From Eledone cirrhosa (lineage: Eukaryota): DNA of 64,000 bases. The DNA lies in the NCBI GenBank assembly GCA_964016885.1, contig OZ024755.1, positions 40,610,001-40,674,000 on the forward strand. The letters are read 5' to 3'. The position numbers and the translations under genes are program-made. Below, in pieces: positions 13,501 through 23,257 of the stretch. The first letter of the stretch is position 1, and each line of letters starts with the position of its first letter. Under the pieces are notes generated by a model. It was not told where the DNA came from, did not search any database, and was given only the letters and a program-made list of their open reading frames with translations.

Positions 13501-16500
13501 GTCTCTCTCTCAGTCTCTCTGTCAGTCTCTCTTTCAGTCTGTCAGTCAGTCTCTCTCTCAGTGTCTCTCTCAGTCTCTCTGTCATCCTCTCCGCCAGTCT
13601 CTCTGTCAGTCTCTCTGTCAGTCTCTCTCTCAGTCTCTCTGTCCGTCTCTCTGTCAGTCTCTCTCTCAGTCTCTCTGTCCGTCTCTTTGTCAGTCTCTCT
13701 GTCCGTCTCTCTGTCAGTCTCTCTGTCCGTCTCTCTGTCAGTCTCTCTCTCAGTCTCTCTGTCAGTCTCTCTGTCCGTCTCTCTGTCAGTCTCTCTCTAG
13801 TCTCTCTGTCAGTCTCTCTGTCCGTCTCTCTGTCCGTCTCTCTGTCAGCCTCTCTCTCAGTCTCTCTGTCAGTCTCTCTCTCAGTCTCTCTCTCAGTCTC
13901 TCTCTCAGTCTCTCTCTCAGTCTCTCTCAGTCTCTCTGTCCGTCTCTCTGTGCGTCTCTCTCTCAGTCTCTCTGTCAGTCTCTCTGTGCGTCTCTCTCTC
14001 AGTCTCTCTGTCAGTCTCTCTCTCTGTCCGTCTCTCTGTCAGTCTCTCTGTCAGTCTCTCTGTCCGCCTCTCTGTCAGTCTCTCTGTCAGTCTCTCTGTC
14101 CGTCTCTCTGTCAGTCTCTCTCTCAGTCTCTCTCTCAGTCTCTCTGTCAGTCTCTCTGTCAGTATCTCTGTCAGTCTCTATGTCATCCTCTCTCTCAGTC
14201 TCTCTGTCAGTCTCTCTCTCAGTCTCTCTCTCAGTCTCTCTCTCACTCTCTCTGACAGTTTCTCTGTCAGTCTGTCAGTCAGTCTCTCTCAGTCTCTCCG
14301 TCAGTCTCTCTGTCAATCTCTCTGTCAGTCTCTCTCTCAGTCTCTCTCTCAGTCTCTCTCTCAGTCTCTCTGTGAGTCTCTCTCTCAGTCTCTCTGTCAG
14401 TCTCTCTGTCAGTCTCTCTGTCAGTCTCTCTGTCAGTCTCTTTGTCAGTCTCTTTGTCAGTCTCTCTCTCAGTCTCTCTGTCAGTCTCTCTTTCAGTCTG
14501 TCAGTCAGTCTCTCTCTCAGTCTCTCTCTCAGTCTCTCTGTCATCCTCTCCGCCAGTCTCTCTGTCAGTCTCTCTGTCAGTCTCTCTCTCAGTCTCTCTG
14601 TCCGTCTCTCTGTCAGTCTCTCTGTCAGTCTCTCTGTCCGCCTCTCTGTCAGTCTCTCTGTCAGTCTCTCTGTCCGTCTCTCTGTCAGTCTCTCTCTCAG
14701 TCTCCCTCTCAGTCTCTCTGTCAGTCTCTCTGTCAGTATCTCTGTCAGTCTCTATGTCATCCTCTCTCTCAGTCTCTCTGTCAGTCTCTCTCTCAGTCTC
14801 TCTCTCAGTCTCTCTCTCACTCTCTCTGACAGTTTCTCTGTCAGTCTGTCAGTCAGTCTCTCTCTCAGTCTCTCCGTCAGTCTCTCTGTCAATCTCTCTC
14901 TCAGTCTCTCTGTCAGTCTCTCTCTCAGTCTCTCTCTCAGTCTCTCTGTCAGTCTCTCTCTCAGTCTCTCTGTCAGTCTCTCTGTCAGTCTCTCTGTCAG
15001 TCTCTTTGTCAGTCTCTTTGTCAGTCTCTCTCTCAGTCTCTCTGTCAGTCTCTCTTTCAGTCTGTCAGTCAGTCTCTCTCTCAGTCTCTCTCTCAGTCTC
15101 TCTCTCAGTCTCTCTCTCAGTCTCTCTCAGTCTCTCTGTCCGTCTCTCTGTGCGTCTCTCTCTCAGTCTCTCTGTCAGTCTCTCTGTGCGTCTCTCTCTC
15201 AGTCTCTCTGTCAGTCTCTCTCTCTGTCCGTCTCTCTGTCAGTCTCTCTGTCAGTCTCTCTGTCCGCCTCTCTGTCAGTCTCTCTGTCAGTCTCTCTGTC
15301 CGTCTCTCTGTCAGTCTCTCTCTCAGTCTCTCTCTCAGTCTCTCTGTCAGTCTCTCTGTCAGTATCTCTGTCAGTCTCTATGTCATCCTCTCTCTCAGTC
15401 TCTCTGTCAGTCTCTCTCTCAGTCTCTCTCTCAGTCTCTCTCTCACTCTCTCTGACAGTTTCTCTGTCAGTCTGTCACTCAGTCTCTCTCTCAGTCTCTC
15501 CGTCAGTCTCTCTGTCAATCTCTCTGTCAGTCTCTCTGTCAGTCTCTCTCTCAGTCTCTCTCTCAGTCTCTCTGTCAGTCTCTCTCTCAGTCTCTCTGTC
15601 AGTCTCTCTGTCAGTCTCTCTGTCAGTCTCTTTGTCAGTCTCTTTGTCAGTCTCTCTCTCAGTCTCTCTGTCAGTCTCTCTTTCAGTCTGTCAGTCAGTC
15701 TCTCTCTCAGTCTCTCTCTCAGTCTCTCTGTCATCCTCTCCGCCAGTCACTCTGTCAGTCTCTCTGTCAGTCTCTCTCTCAGTCTCTCTGTCCGTCTCTC
15801 TGTCAGTCTCTCTGTCAGTCTCTCTGTCCGCCTCTCTGTCAGTCTCTCTGTCAGTCTCTCTGTCCGTCTCTCTGTCAGTCTCTCTCTCAGTCTCTCTCTC
15901 AGTCTCTCTGTCAGTCTCTCTGTCAGTATCTCTGTCAGTCTCTATGTCATCCTCTCTCTCAGTCTCTCTGTCAGTCTCTCTCTCAGTCTCTCTCTCAGTC
16001 TCTCTCTCAGTCTCTCTCTCACTCTCTCTGACAGTTTTCTGTCAGTCTGTCAGTCAGTCTCTCTCTCAGTCTCTCCGTCAGTCTCTCTGTCAATCTCTCT
16101 GTCAGTCTCTCTGTCAGTCTCTCTCTCAGTCTCTCTCTCAGTCTCTCTGTCAGTCTCTCTCTCAGTCTCTCTGTCAGTCTCTCTGTCAGTCTCTCTGTCA
16201 GTCTCTTTGTCAGTCTCTTTGTCAGTCTCTCTCTCAGTCTCTCTGTCAGTCTCTCTTTCAGTCTGTCAGTCAGTCTCTCTCTCAGTCTCTCTCTCAGTCT
16301 CTCTGTCATCCTCTCCGCCAGTCTCTCTCTCAGTCTCTCTCTCAGTCTCTCTCTCAGTCTCTCTCTCAGTCTCTCTGTCCGTCTCTCTGTCAGTCTCTCT
16401 CTCAGTCTCTCTGTCCGTCTCTTTGTCAGTCTCTCTGTCCGTCTCTCTGTCAGTCTCTCTGTCCGTCTCTCTGTCAGTCTCTCTCTCAGTCTCTCTGTCA

Positions 16501-18216
16501 GTCTCTCTGTCCGTCTCTCTGTCAGTCTCTCTCTAGTCTCTCTGTCAGTCTCTCTGTCCGTCTCTCTGTCCGTCTCTCTGTCAGCCTCTCTCTCAGTCTC
16601 TCTGTCAGTCTCTCTCTCAGTCTCTCTCTCAGTCTCTCTCTCAGTCTCTCTCTCAGTCTCTCTCAGTCTCTCTGTCCGTCTCTCTGTGCGTCTCTCTCTC
16701 AGTCTCTCTGTCAGTCTCTCTGTGCGTCTCTCTCTCAGTCTCTCTGTCAGTCTCTCTCTCTGTCCGTCTCTCTGTCAGTCTCTCTGTCAGTCTCTCTGTC
16801 CGTCTCTCTGTCAGTCTCTCTGTCAGTCTCTCTGTCCGTCTCTCTGTCAGTCTCTCTCTCAGTCTCTCTCTCAGTCTCTCTGTCAGTCTCTCTGTCAGTA
16901 TCTCTGTCAGTCTCTATGTCATCCTCTCTCTCAGTCTCTCTGTCAGTCTCTCTCGCAGTCTCTCTCTCAGTCTCTCTCTCACTCTCTCTGACAGTTTCTC
17001 TGTCAGTCTGTCAGTCAGTCTCTCTCTCAGTCTCTCCGTCAGTCTCTCTGTCAATCTCTCTGTCAGTCTCTCTCTCAGTCTCTCTCTCAGTCTCTCTCTC
17101 AGTCTCTCTGTCAGTCTCTCTCTCAGTCTCTCTGTCAGTCTCTCTGTCAGTCTCTCTGTCAGTCTCTTTGTCAGTCTCTTTGTCAGTCTCTCTCTCAGTC
17201 TCTCTGTCAGTCTCTCTTTCAGTCTGTCAGTCAGTCTCTCTCTCAGTCTCTCTCTCAGTCTCTCTGTCATCCTCTCCGCCAGTCTCTCTGTCAGTCTCTC
17301 TGTCAGTCTCTCTCTCAGTCTCTCTGTCCGTCTCTCTGTCAGTCTCTCTGTCAGTCTCTCTGTCCGCCTCTCTGTCAGTCTCTCTGTCAGTCTCTCTGTC
17401 CGTCTCTCTGTCAGTCTCTCTCTCAGTCTCTCTCTCAGTCTCTCTGTCAGTCTCTCTGTCAGTATCTCTGTCAGTCTCTATGTCATCCTCTCTCTCAGTC
17501 TCTCTGTCAGTCTCTCTCTCAGTCTCTCTCAGTCTCTCTCTCACTCTCTCTGACAGTTTCTCTGTCAGTCTGTCAGTCAGTCTTTCTCTCAGTCTCTCCG
17601 TCAGTCTCTCTGTCAATCTCTCTGTCAGTCTCTCTGTCAGTCTCTCTCTCAGTCTCTCTCTCAGTCTCTCTCTCAGTCTCTCTGTCCGTCTCTCTGTCAG
17701 TCTCTCTCTCTCAGTCTCTCTGTCCGTCTCTTTGTCAGTCTCTCTGTCCGTCTCTCTGTCAGTCTCTCTCTCTCAGTCTCTCTGTCAGTCTCTCTGTCCG
17801 TCTCTCTGTCAGTCTCTCTCTCAGTCTCTCTCTCTCAGTCTCTCTGTCAGTCTCTCTGTCAGTCTCTCTGTCAGTCTCTCTGTCCGTCTCTCTGTCAGTC
17901 TCTCTGTCAGTCTCTCTCTCAGTCTCTCTCTCAATCTCTCTGTCAGTCTCTCTCTCAGTCTCTTTCTCAGTCTCTCTGTCCGTCTCTCTCAGTCTCTCTC
18001 TCAGTCTCTCTGTCAGCCTCTCTGTCAGTCTCTCTGTCCGTCTCTCTCTCAGTCTCTCTGTCAGTCTCTCTCTCAGTCTCTCTCTCAGTCTCTCTGTCAG
18101 TCTCTCTGTCAGTCTCTCTGTCAGCCTCTCTGTCAGTCTCTCTGTCCGTCTCTCTCTCAGTCTCTCTGTCAGTCTCTCTGTCAGTCTCTCTGCCAGTCTC
18201 TCTGTCAGTCTCTCTG
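10557..18216. repeat. 12-bp pyrimidine-rich satellite (CAGTCTCTCTGT/CAGTCTCTCTCT) with higher-order repeats
   Basis: Continuous 12-mer. Marker CAGTATCTCTGTCAGTCTCTATGTCATCC recurs 8 times between ~12660 and ~17460. Confidence 0.97.
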
Positions 18217-18259
18217 ACATTGCTGACGATAGCTAATAAGCTTGAAACTAGTACAGCGT
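18217..18259 (+). ncRNA. Type I hammerhead ribozyme (family B)
   Basis: ACATTG-CTGACGA-T-AGCT-AATA-AGCT-T-GAAA-CTAG-TA-CAGCGT; stem I has one mismatch. Confidence 0.72.
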
Positions 18260-18633
18260 TCCTTTGTCAGTGTTGAACAAACAAGCAACGATTTTGTTGC
18301 TAGACACTACGGCTTAATACGGGATGTTTGTTTACAAACACACCGAGCATTATAATAAATGTTCGGTGAATCCATACGTACATATATATATGTGTGCATG
18401 TATGTCTATATATATATACATACTACTGTACATCTGTATATATATATGTATGTACGTATACATACTTATATATATATATATATTGTTATACTTTGGGTGG
18501 GTCATGTTGCCAATAAGAAACACACGCACCAATTGCTTTCACTTCAATTTATTATAATAAATTTATAAATTTAGGAATTTATAAATTTCCGGTTGGTTGG
18601 TTGGTTCCACAACCAGATGGTTGTTTATATATT

Positions 18634-18676
18634 GTCAAAGTTCTTTCGTCACACATTCTGTGACCTCTTCAGTGAC
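18634..18676 (-). ncRNA. Type I hammerhead ribozyme
   Basis: Minus: GTCA-CTGAAGA-G-GTCACA-GAATG-TGTGAC-GAAA-GAAC-TT-TGAC; stems I and II pair fully. Confidence 0.72.
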
Positions 18677-18787
18677 TGGGGATTCTTTTCTTTGTTTTTT
18701 GTGCAACTCCTTTGTTCTGTCCTACACCATCTTGTTTTTGGATGAGACTATTTTTCCTTTATTAATATTTTGAATAATATATATATA

Positions 18788-18858
<71 letters not shown>

Positions 18859-18918
18859 GAAGTGACAGGAGGCTGGATTTGTGTAAATCCTTGAAAGGTT
18901 TATTATAATATATATATA

Positions 18919-18981
<63 letters not shown>

Positions 18982-19099
18982 TAGACATAGAATATTCGAA
19001 AATATTCTGTATGTTTATAATAAACATTTTGAAGACCTAATCGCTATAGAATAGAATACGTCACGTATTACAATTAGATTCTCGATAAAAGCAAGGGAA

Positions 19100-19142
19100 G
19101 TAATCTACGCGTTTCATTCTTGTTAGAAATCATCAGGACTAC
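19100..19142 (-). ncRNA. Type I hammerhead ribozyme, array copy 1
   Basis: Minus: GTAGTC-CTGATGA-T-TTCT-AACA-AGAA-T-GAAA-CGCG-TA-GATTAC; predicted cleavage after GUA (between 19106 and 19105). Confidence 0.9.
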
Positions 19143-19409
19143 ATATCCAGTGCTTTTATCGAGAATGACACAGCTAGAGACTTATAGAATACTTAGCTGT
19201 GTACAGGAACTGGTTTGAAAGAGCGGTTGCCGGTCCGGCAGAAATTAGAAATTGGAATAAATGCTCTGAAATAGCGATATATATGTGAATATAGACATAG
19301 AATATTCGAAAATATTCTGTATGTTTATAATAAACATTTTGAAGACCTAATCGCTATAGAATAGAATACGTCACGTATTACAATTAGATTCTCGATAAAA
19401 GCAAGGGAA

Positions 19410-19452
19410 GTAATCTACGCGTTTCATTCTTGTTAGAAATCATCAGGACTAC
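19410..19452 (-). ncRNA. Type I hammerhead ribozyme, array copy 2
   Basis: Identical to 19100-19142. Confidence 0.9.
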
Positions 19453-19719
19453 ATATCCAGTGCTTTTATCGAGAATGACACAGCTAGAGACTTATAGAAT
19501 ACTTAGCTGTGTACAGGAACTGGTTTGAAAGAGCGGTTGCCGGTCCGGCAGAAATTAGAAATTGGAATAAATGCTCTGAAATAGCGATATATATGTGAAT
19601 ATAGACATAGAATATTCGAAAATATTCTGTATGTTTATAATAAACATTTTGAAGACCTAATCGCTATAGAATAGAATACGTCACGTATTACAATTAGATT
19701 CTCGATAAAAGCAAGGGAA

Positions 19720-19762
19720 GTAATCTACGCGTTTCATTCTTGTTAGAAATCATCAGGACTAC
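19720..19762 (-). ncRNA. Type I hammerhead ribozyme, array copy 3
   Basis: Identical to 19100-19142. Confidence 0.9.
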
Positions 19763-20029
19763 ATATCCAGTGCTTTTATCGAGAATGACACAGCTAGAGA
19801 CTTATAGAATACTTAGCTGTGTACAGGAACTGGTTTGAAAGAGCGGTTGCCGGTCCGGCAGAAATTAGAAATTGGAATAAATGCTCTGAAATAGCGATAT
19901 ATATGTGAATATAGACATAGAATATTCGAAAATATTCTGTATGTTTATAATAAACATTTTGAAGACCTAATCGCTATAGAATAGAATACGTCACGTATTA
20001 CAATTAGATTCTCGATAAAAGCAAGGGAA

Positions 20030-20072
20030 GTAATCTACGCGTTTCATTCTTGTTAGAAATCATTAGGACTAC
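20030..20072 (-). ncRNA. Hammerhead ribozyme, array copy 4, core mutant (CUAAUGA)
   Basis: Plus-strand C>T at 20064 (CATTAGG instead of CATCAGG), i.e. G5A in the catalytic core. Confidence 0.8.
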
Positions 20073-20339
20073 ATATCCAGTGCTTTTATCGAGAATGACA
20101 CAGCTAGAGACTTATAGAATACTTAGCTGTGTACAGGAACTGGTTTGAAAGAGCGGTTGCCGGTCCGGCAGAAATTAGAAATTGGAATAAATGCTCTGAA
20201 ATAGCGATATATATGTGAATATAGACATAGAATATTCGAAAATATTCTGTATGTTTATAATAAACATTTTGAAGACCTAATCGCTATAGAATAGAATACG
20301 TCACGTATTACAATTAGATTCTCGATAAAAGCAAGGGAA

Positions 20340-20382
20340 GTAATCTACGCGTTTCATTCTTGTTAGAAATCATCAGGACTAC
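20340..20382 (-). ncRNA. Type I hammerhead ribozyme, array copy 5
   Basis: Identical to 19100-19142. Confidence 0.9.
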
Positions 20383-20649
20383 ATATCCAGTGCTTTTATC
20401 GAGAATGACACAGCTAGAGACTTATAGAATACTTAGCTGTGTACAGGAACTGGTTTGAAAGAGCGGTTGCCGGTCCGGCAGAAATTAGAAATTGGAATAA
20501 ATGCTCTGAAATAGCGATATATATGTGAATATAGACATAGAATATTCGAAAATATTCTGTATGTTTATAATAAACATTTTGAAGACCTAATCGCTATAGA
20601 ATAGAATACGTCACGTATTACAATTAGATTCTCGATAAAAGCAAGGGAA

Positions 20650-20692
20650 GTAATCTACGCGTTTCATTCTTGTTAGAAATCATCAGGACTAC
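20650..20692 (-). ncRNA. Type I hammerhead ribozyme, array copy 6
   Basis: Identical to 19100-19142. Confidence 0.9.
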
Positions 20693-20872
20693 ATATCCAG
20701 TGCTTTTATCGAGAATGACACAGCTAGAGACTTATAGAATACTTAGCTGTGTACAGGAACTGGTTTGAAAGAGCGGTTGCCGGTCCGGCAGAAATTAGAA
20801 ATTGGAATAAATGCTCTGAAATAGCGATATATATGTGAATATAGACATAGAATATTCGAAAATATTCTGTAT

Positions 20873-20915
<43 letters not shown>

Positions 20916-20961
20916 GAAGTGACAGGAGGCTGGATTTGTGTAAATCCTTGAAAGGTTTATT

Positions 20962-21019
20962 ATACTATGATCATTTCAATGACCGGGTTCCGTATGAATC
21001 CGGTGATATCATTAGGTAT
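20962..21019 (-). ncRNA. Degenerate type I hammerhead (different family, G5A)
   Basis: Minus: ATAC-CTAATGA-TATC-ACCGGATTC-ATACG-GAACCCGGT-CATT-GAAA-TGATCA-TA-GTAT. Confidence 0.6.
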
Positions 21020-21491
21020 TCGAAATATAATACGTGAATGTAATAGGTAAAATCCATGGGGCTGAAAATCGGGACCCGAGGGCGACCGCTATTCTGTTCC
21101 TTCAACCTCAGCCGGTCGCCCTGGAGTGACGTGGCTAAATTTTATAGTATGCTACTACCGGTCATGATGAACGAAAACAGAAAGAGATGGGAGCATAGGT
21201 TAACGTCGATCCCATGACACAAGGTAAAAGAAAGAAAGAAAGGAAGGAGAAGAAGGGGGAAGAAAGAAGAAGAGAAGTCAGGGTTAATGTCAGCTAAAAG
21301 AGGAAGGTAACTACTACTGGTCAGATATAGGCAAGCAAGAGGGGGAAGGAAGATAAGTCTGCGGGAGGAGGAGAGGAGAGAAGGAAGGGAAGAGAGAAGT
21401 AGAAAAGTAAGGGTTGATGGCTACCATACGGAATAGACCAGCTCTATACAGTGGTGAACCTCATACCTGAATATATATATATATATATACC

Positions 21492-21735
21492 TGGAGAAAT
21501 ATATATTAAGGAGAACAAACCGTTAAAACATGTTTATTTTTAATAGCTCCTACGTACGTTTCGCCCGAAAGGTTTTCTCAAGGGCATAAAACTAAAATCC
21601 GTTCCTTACATGACGCGGAATGGGTTTTTAGAAATAAGTTCACGTCACAGTTCATTCTTGGTACGAAATGTACGTAGCTGCTATTTTAAATAAACATGTT
21701 TTAACGGTTTGTTCTCCTTTATATATATTTCTCCA
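21492..21735. mobile_element. Fold-back element with ~72-bp inverted arms (PLE inverted end or MITE)
   Basis: 21492-21563 is an imperfect reverse complement of 21664-21735. The inner ends read CGAAA(C/T)GTACGTAG, like the 3' half of a hammerhead. Confidence 0.7.
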
Positions 21736-21897
21736 CGTGTATCCGCTCTGCTGATTTTCTCGCCCACTAGATATTAACACTGCAGGCACACGCATTGAGC
21801 ACCCTTTGCATATGCTATTGGCAAATAACTACATGTATCGCCTATTTCTTCTTCTTCTACTCTCTATCAATACTTAATTACTATATGTATATATATA

Positions 21898-21949
<52 letters not shown>

Positions 21950-22024
21950 TAACAGATTAAAGTTTAAGCAAAGAATCGCTGCTTTCACCCTTATTATTAT
22001 TACTATATATATATATATATATAT

Positions 22025-22168
22025 AGGGCGGGTAAAATTCCCGAGATCCATGGACGAGTTCTCTCCAGCGGTCTCTGTCCCTCATTATCGCTGCCATGTC
22101 CTGCTTCTCCAAGAGACCAGTGTCTGTCCTTAGGGCATCAACATACGTGTGGAAGTCGGACCTTCGTA
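22025..22168 (-). mobile_element. RTE-clade LINE 3' fragment
   Basis: Minus translation TYVDALRTDTGLLEKQDMAAIMRDRDRWRELVHGSR fits the RTE ORF C-terminal pattern, then runs into (TA)n. Confidence 0.75.
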
Positions 22169-22427
22169 AAGACCTGAAAATATATATTAAAGGTTCTTGG
22201 CACTACCATTGTTGCATAATATATGCAGACAGATGGTGCAGTGCACCTTACTGCTGCATTAGTGCGACAGAAACTCGAGTCCTGGAACCTTATAGGCACC
22301 CGTTTTACGTGTGTTGCGTTGAGGCAAATAACTATGTGTATACTCTGGTAATGTATCTTTTATTGCCCATTGAGTGCGCTGAGATACAACCGGTATTGGC
22401 ATTGATAAATATGCTGCGTCCGTCAAC

Positions 22428-22460
<33 letters not shown>

Positions 22461-22467
<7 letters not shown>

Positions 22468-23066
22468 AATTAGTATATCTACCAACATATATATACAGAT
22501 GCATACCTATGCTAGCAAATATATAGGTTTTGTCTTAGTAACTTTGTGGTTCAATGCAAGGGGATGCAGAACAATTATATGAAAGACGTAAAATAAGAGA
22601 ATTATAAAAATTAACTTACTAAAATTTCACTCCAACTAATTAGTTTCTGAAAGGGAATAAACATGGTTTCGGAATGGAACACATGGAGAAGGCCTTTCGT
22701 CATCAGGAAGTCTATTCTCAGCTAAGTTCCCAGGCGATGCGTGGACACAGGGAACTTATACAAAAATAATTCAGTGGATGGAAAAAAGCAAGCGTGGACT
22801 AAATTCCAAGACATTGAAAAAATCACTGCCTACTTGGTCGGTGGCAAATTCAAAAAAATCCATCACGTGACATCGAGGTTAATCAGTGAGGAGTGGGGTG
22901 TTAAGAAGACAGTAGCCGAACTATTACTATGAACTATAGCAGCAGTTTTGGCAAATTTTTGCTCAACAAAATAATTTGGAGATTATTATAAAGAATTAGT
23001 ATATCTACCAACATATATATACAGATGCATACCTATGCTAGCAAATATATAGGTTTTGTCTTAGTA
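22461..23066 (-). mobile_element. Partial tandem (1.15 x 526 bp) with a hammerhead-like core (family C)
   Basis: ~80-bp direct repeat at 22461-22540 and 22987-23066, between (TA)n tracts. Minus-strand CTGATGA...GAAAC at 22655-22717. Confidence 0.6.
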
Positions 23067-23170
23067 TATATATATATAATTTAAACTGGTTTATTTATTT
23101 ATTTAACTTTGGTGGTTCCCCACTGGATAGAACAGGTCATTTCACCATTCCGGCCTCCTGTCATTTTACT

Positions 23171-23206
<36 letters not shown>

Positions 23207-23208
<2 letters not shown>

Positions 23209-23257
23209 ATAATTGTTTCTATTTTAGGCACAAGGCCAGCAATTACCCAGTACATTA
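23207..23257 (-). mobile_element. SINE 3' tail fragment in (TA)n
   Basis: TAATAATTGTTTCTATTTTAGGCACAAGGCCAGCAATTACCCAGTACATTA matches the tail of 3930-4112. Confidence 0.8.

Larger units (their letters stand above)
18978..20879 (-). mobile_element. Retrozyme-like tandem array: 6.1 x 310-bp units, one hammerhead each (family A)
   Basis: Units start at 18981, 19291, 19601, 19911, 20221, 20531 and 20841 (partial). Near-identical, non-coding and hairpin-rich. Flanked by (TA)n and a 54-bp direct repeat (18854-18907 / 20911-20964). Confidence 0.9.

Noticed and set aside
10448-18220. Long ORFs (up to 1345 aa; SVSL, RETD, ERLT repeats)
   Set aside because: Stop-free frames of a 12-bp satellite, open in several frames on both strands; no coding complexity.
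22096-22473. 125-aa plus-strand ORF
   Set aside because: Starts antisense to an RTE fragment and ends in (TA)n; no domain recognised.
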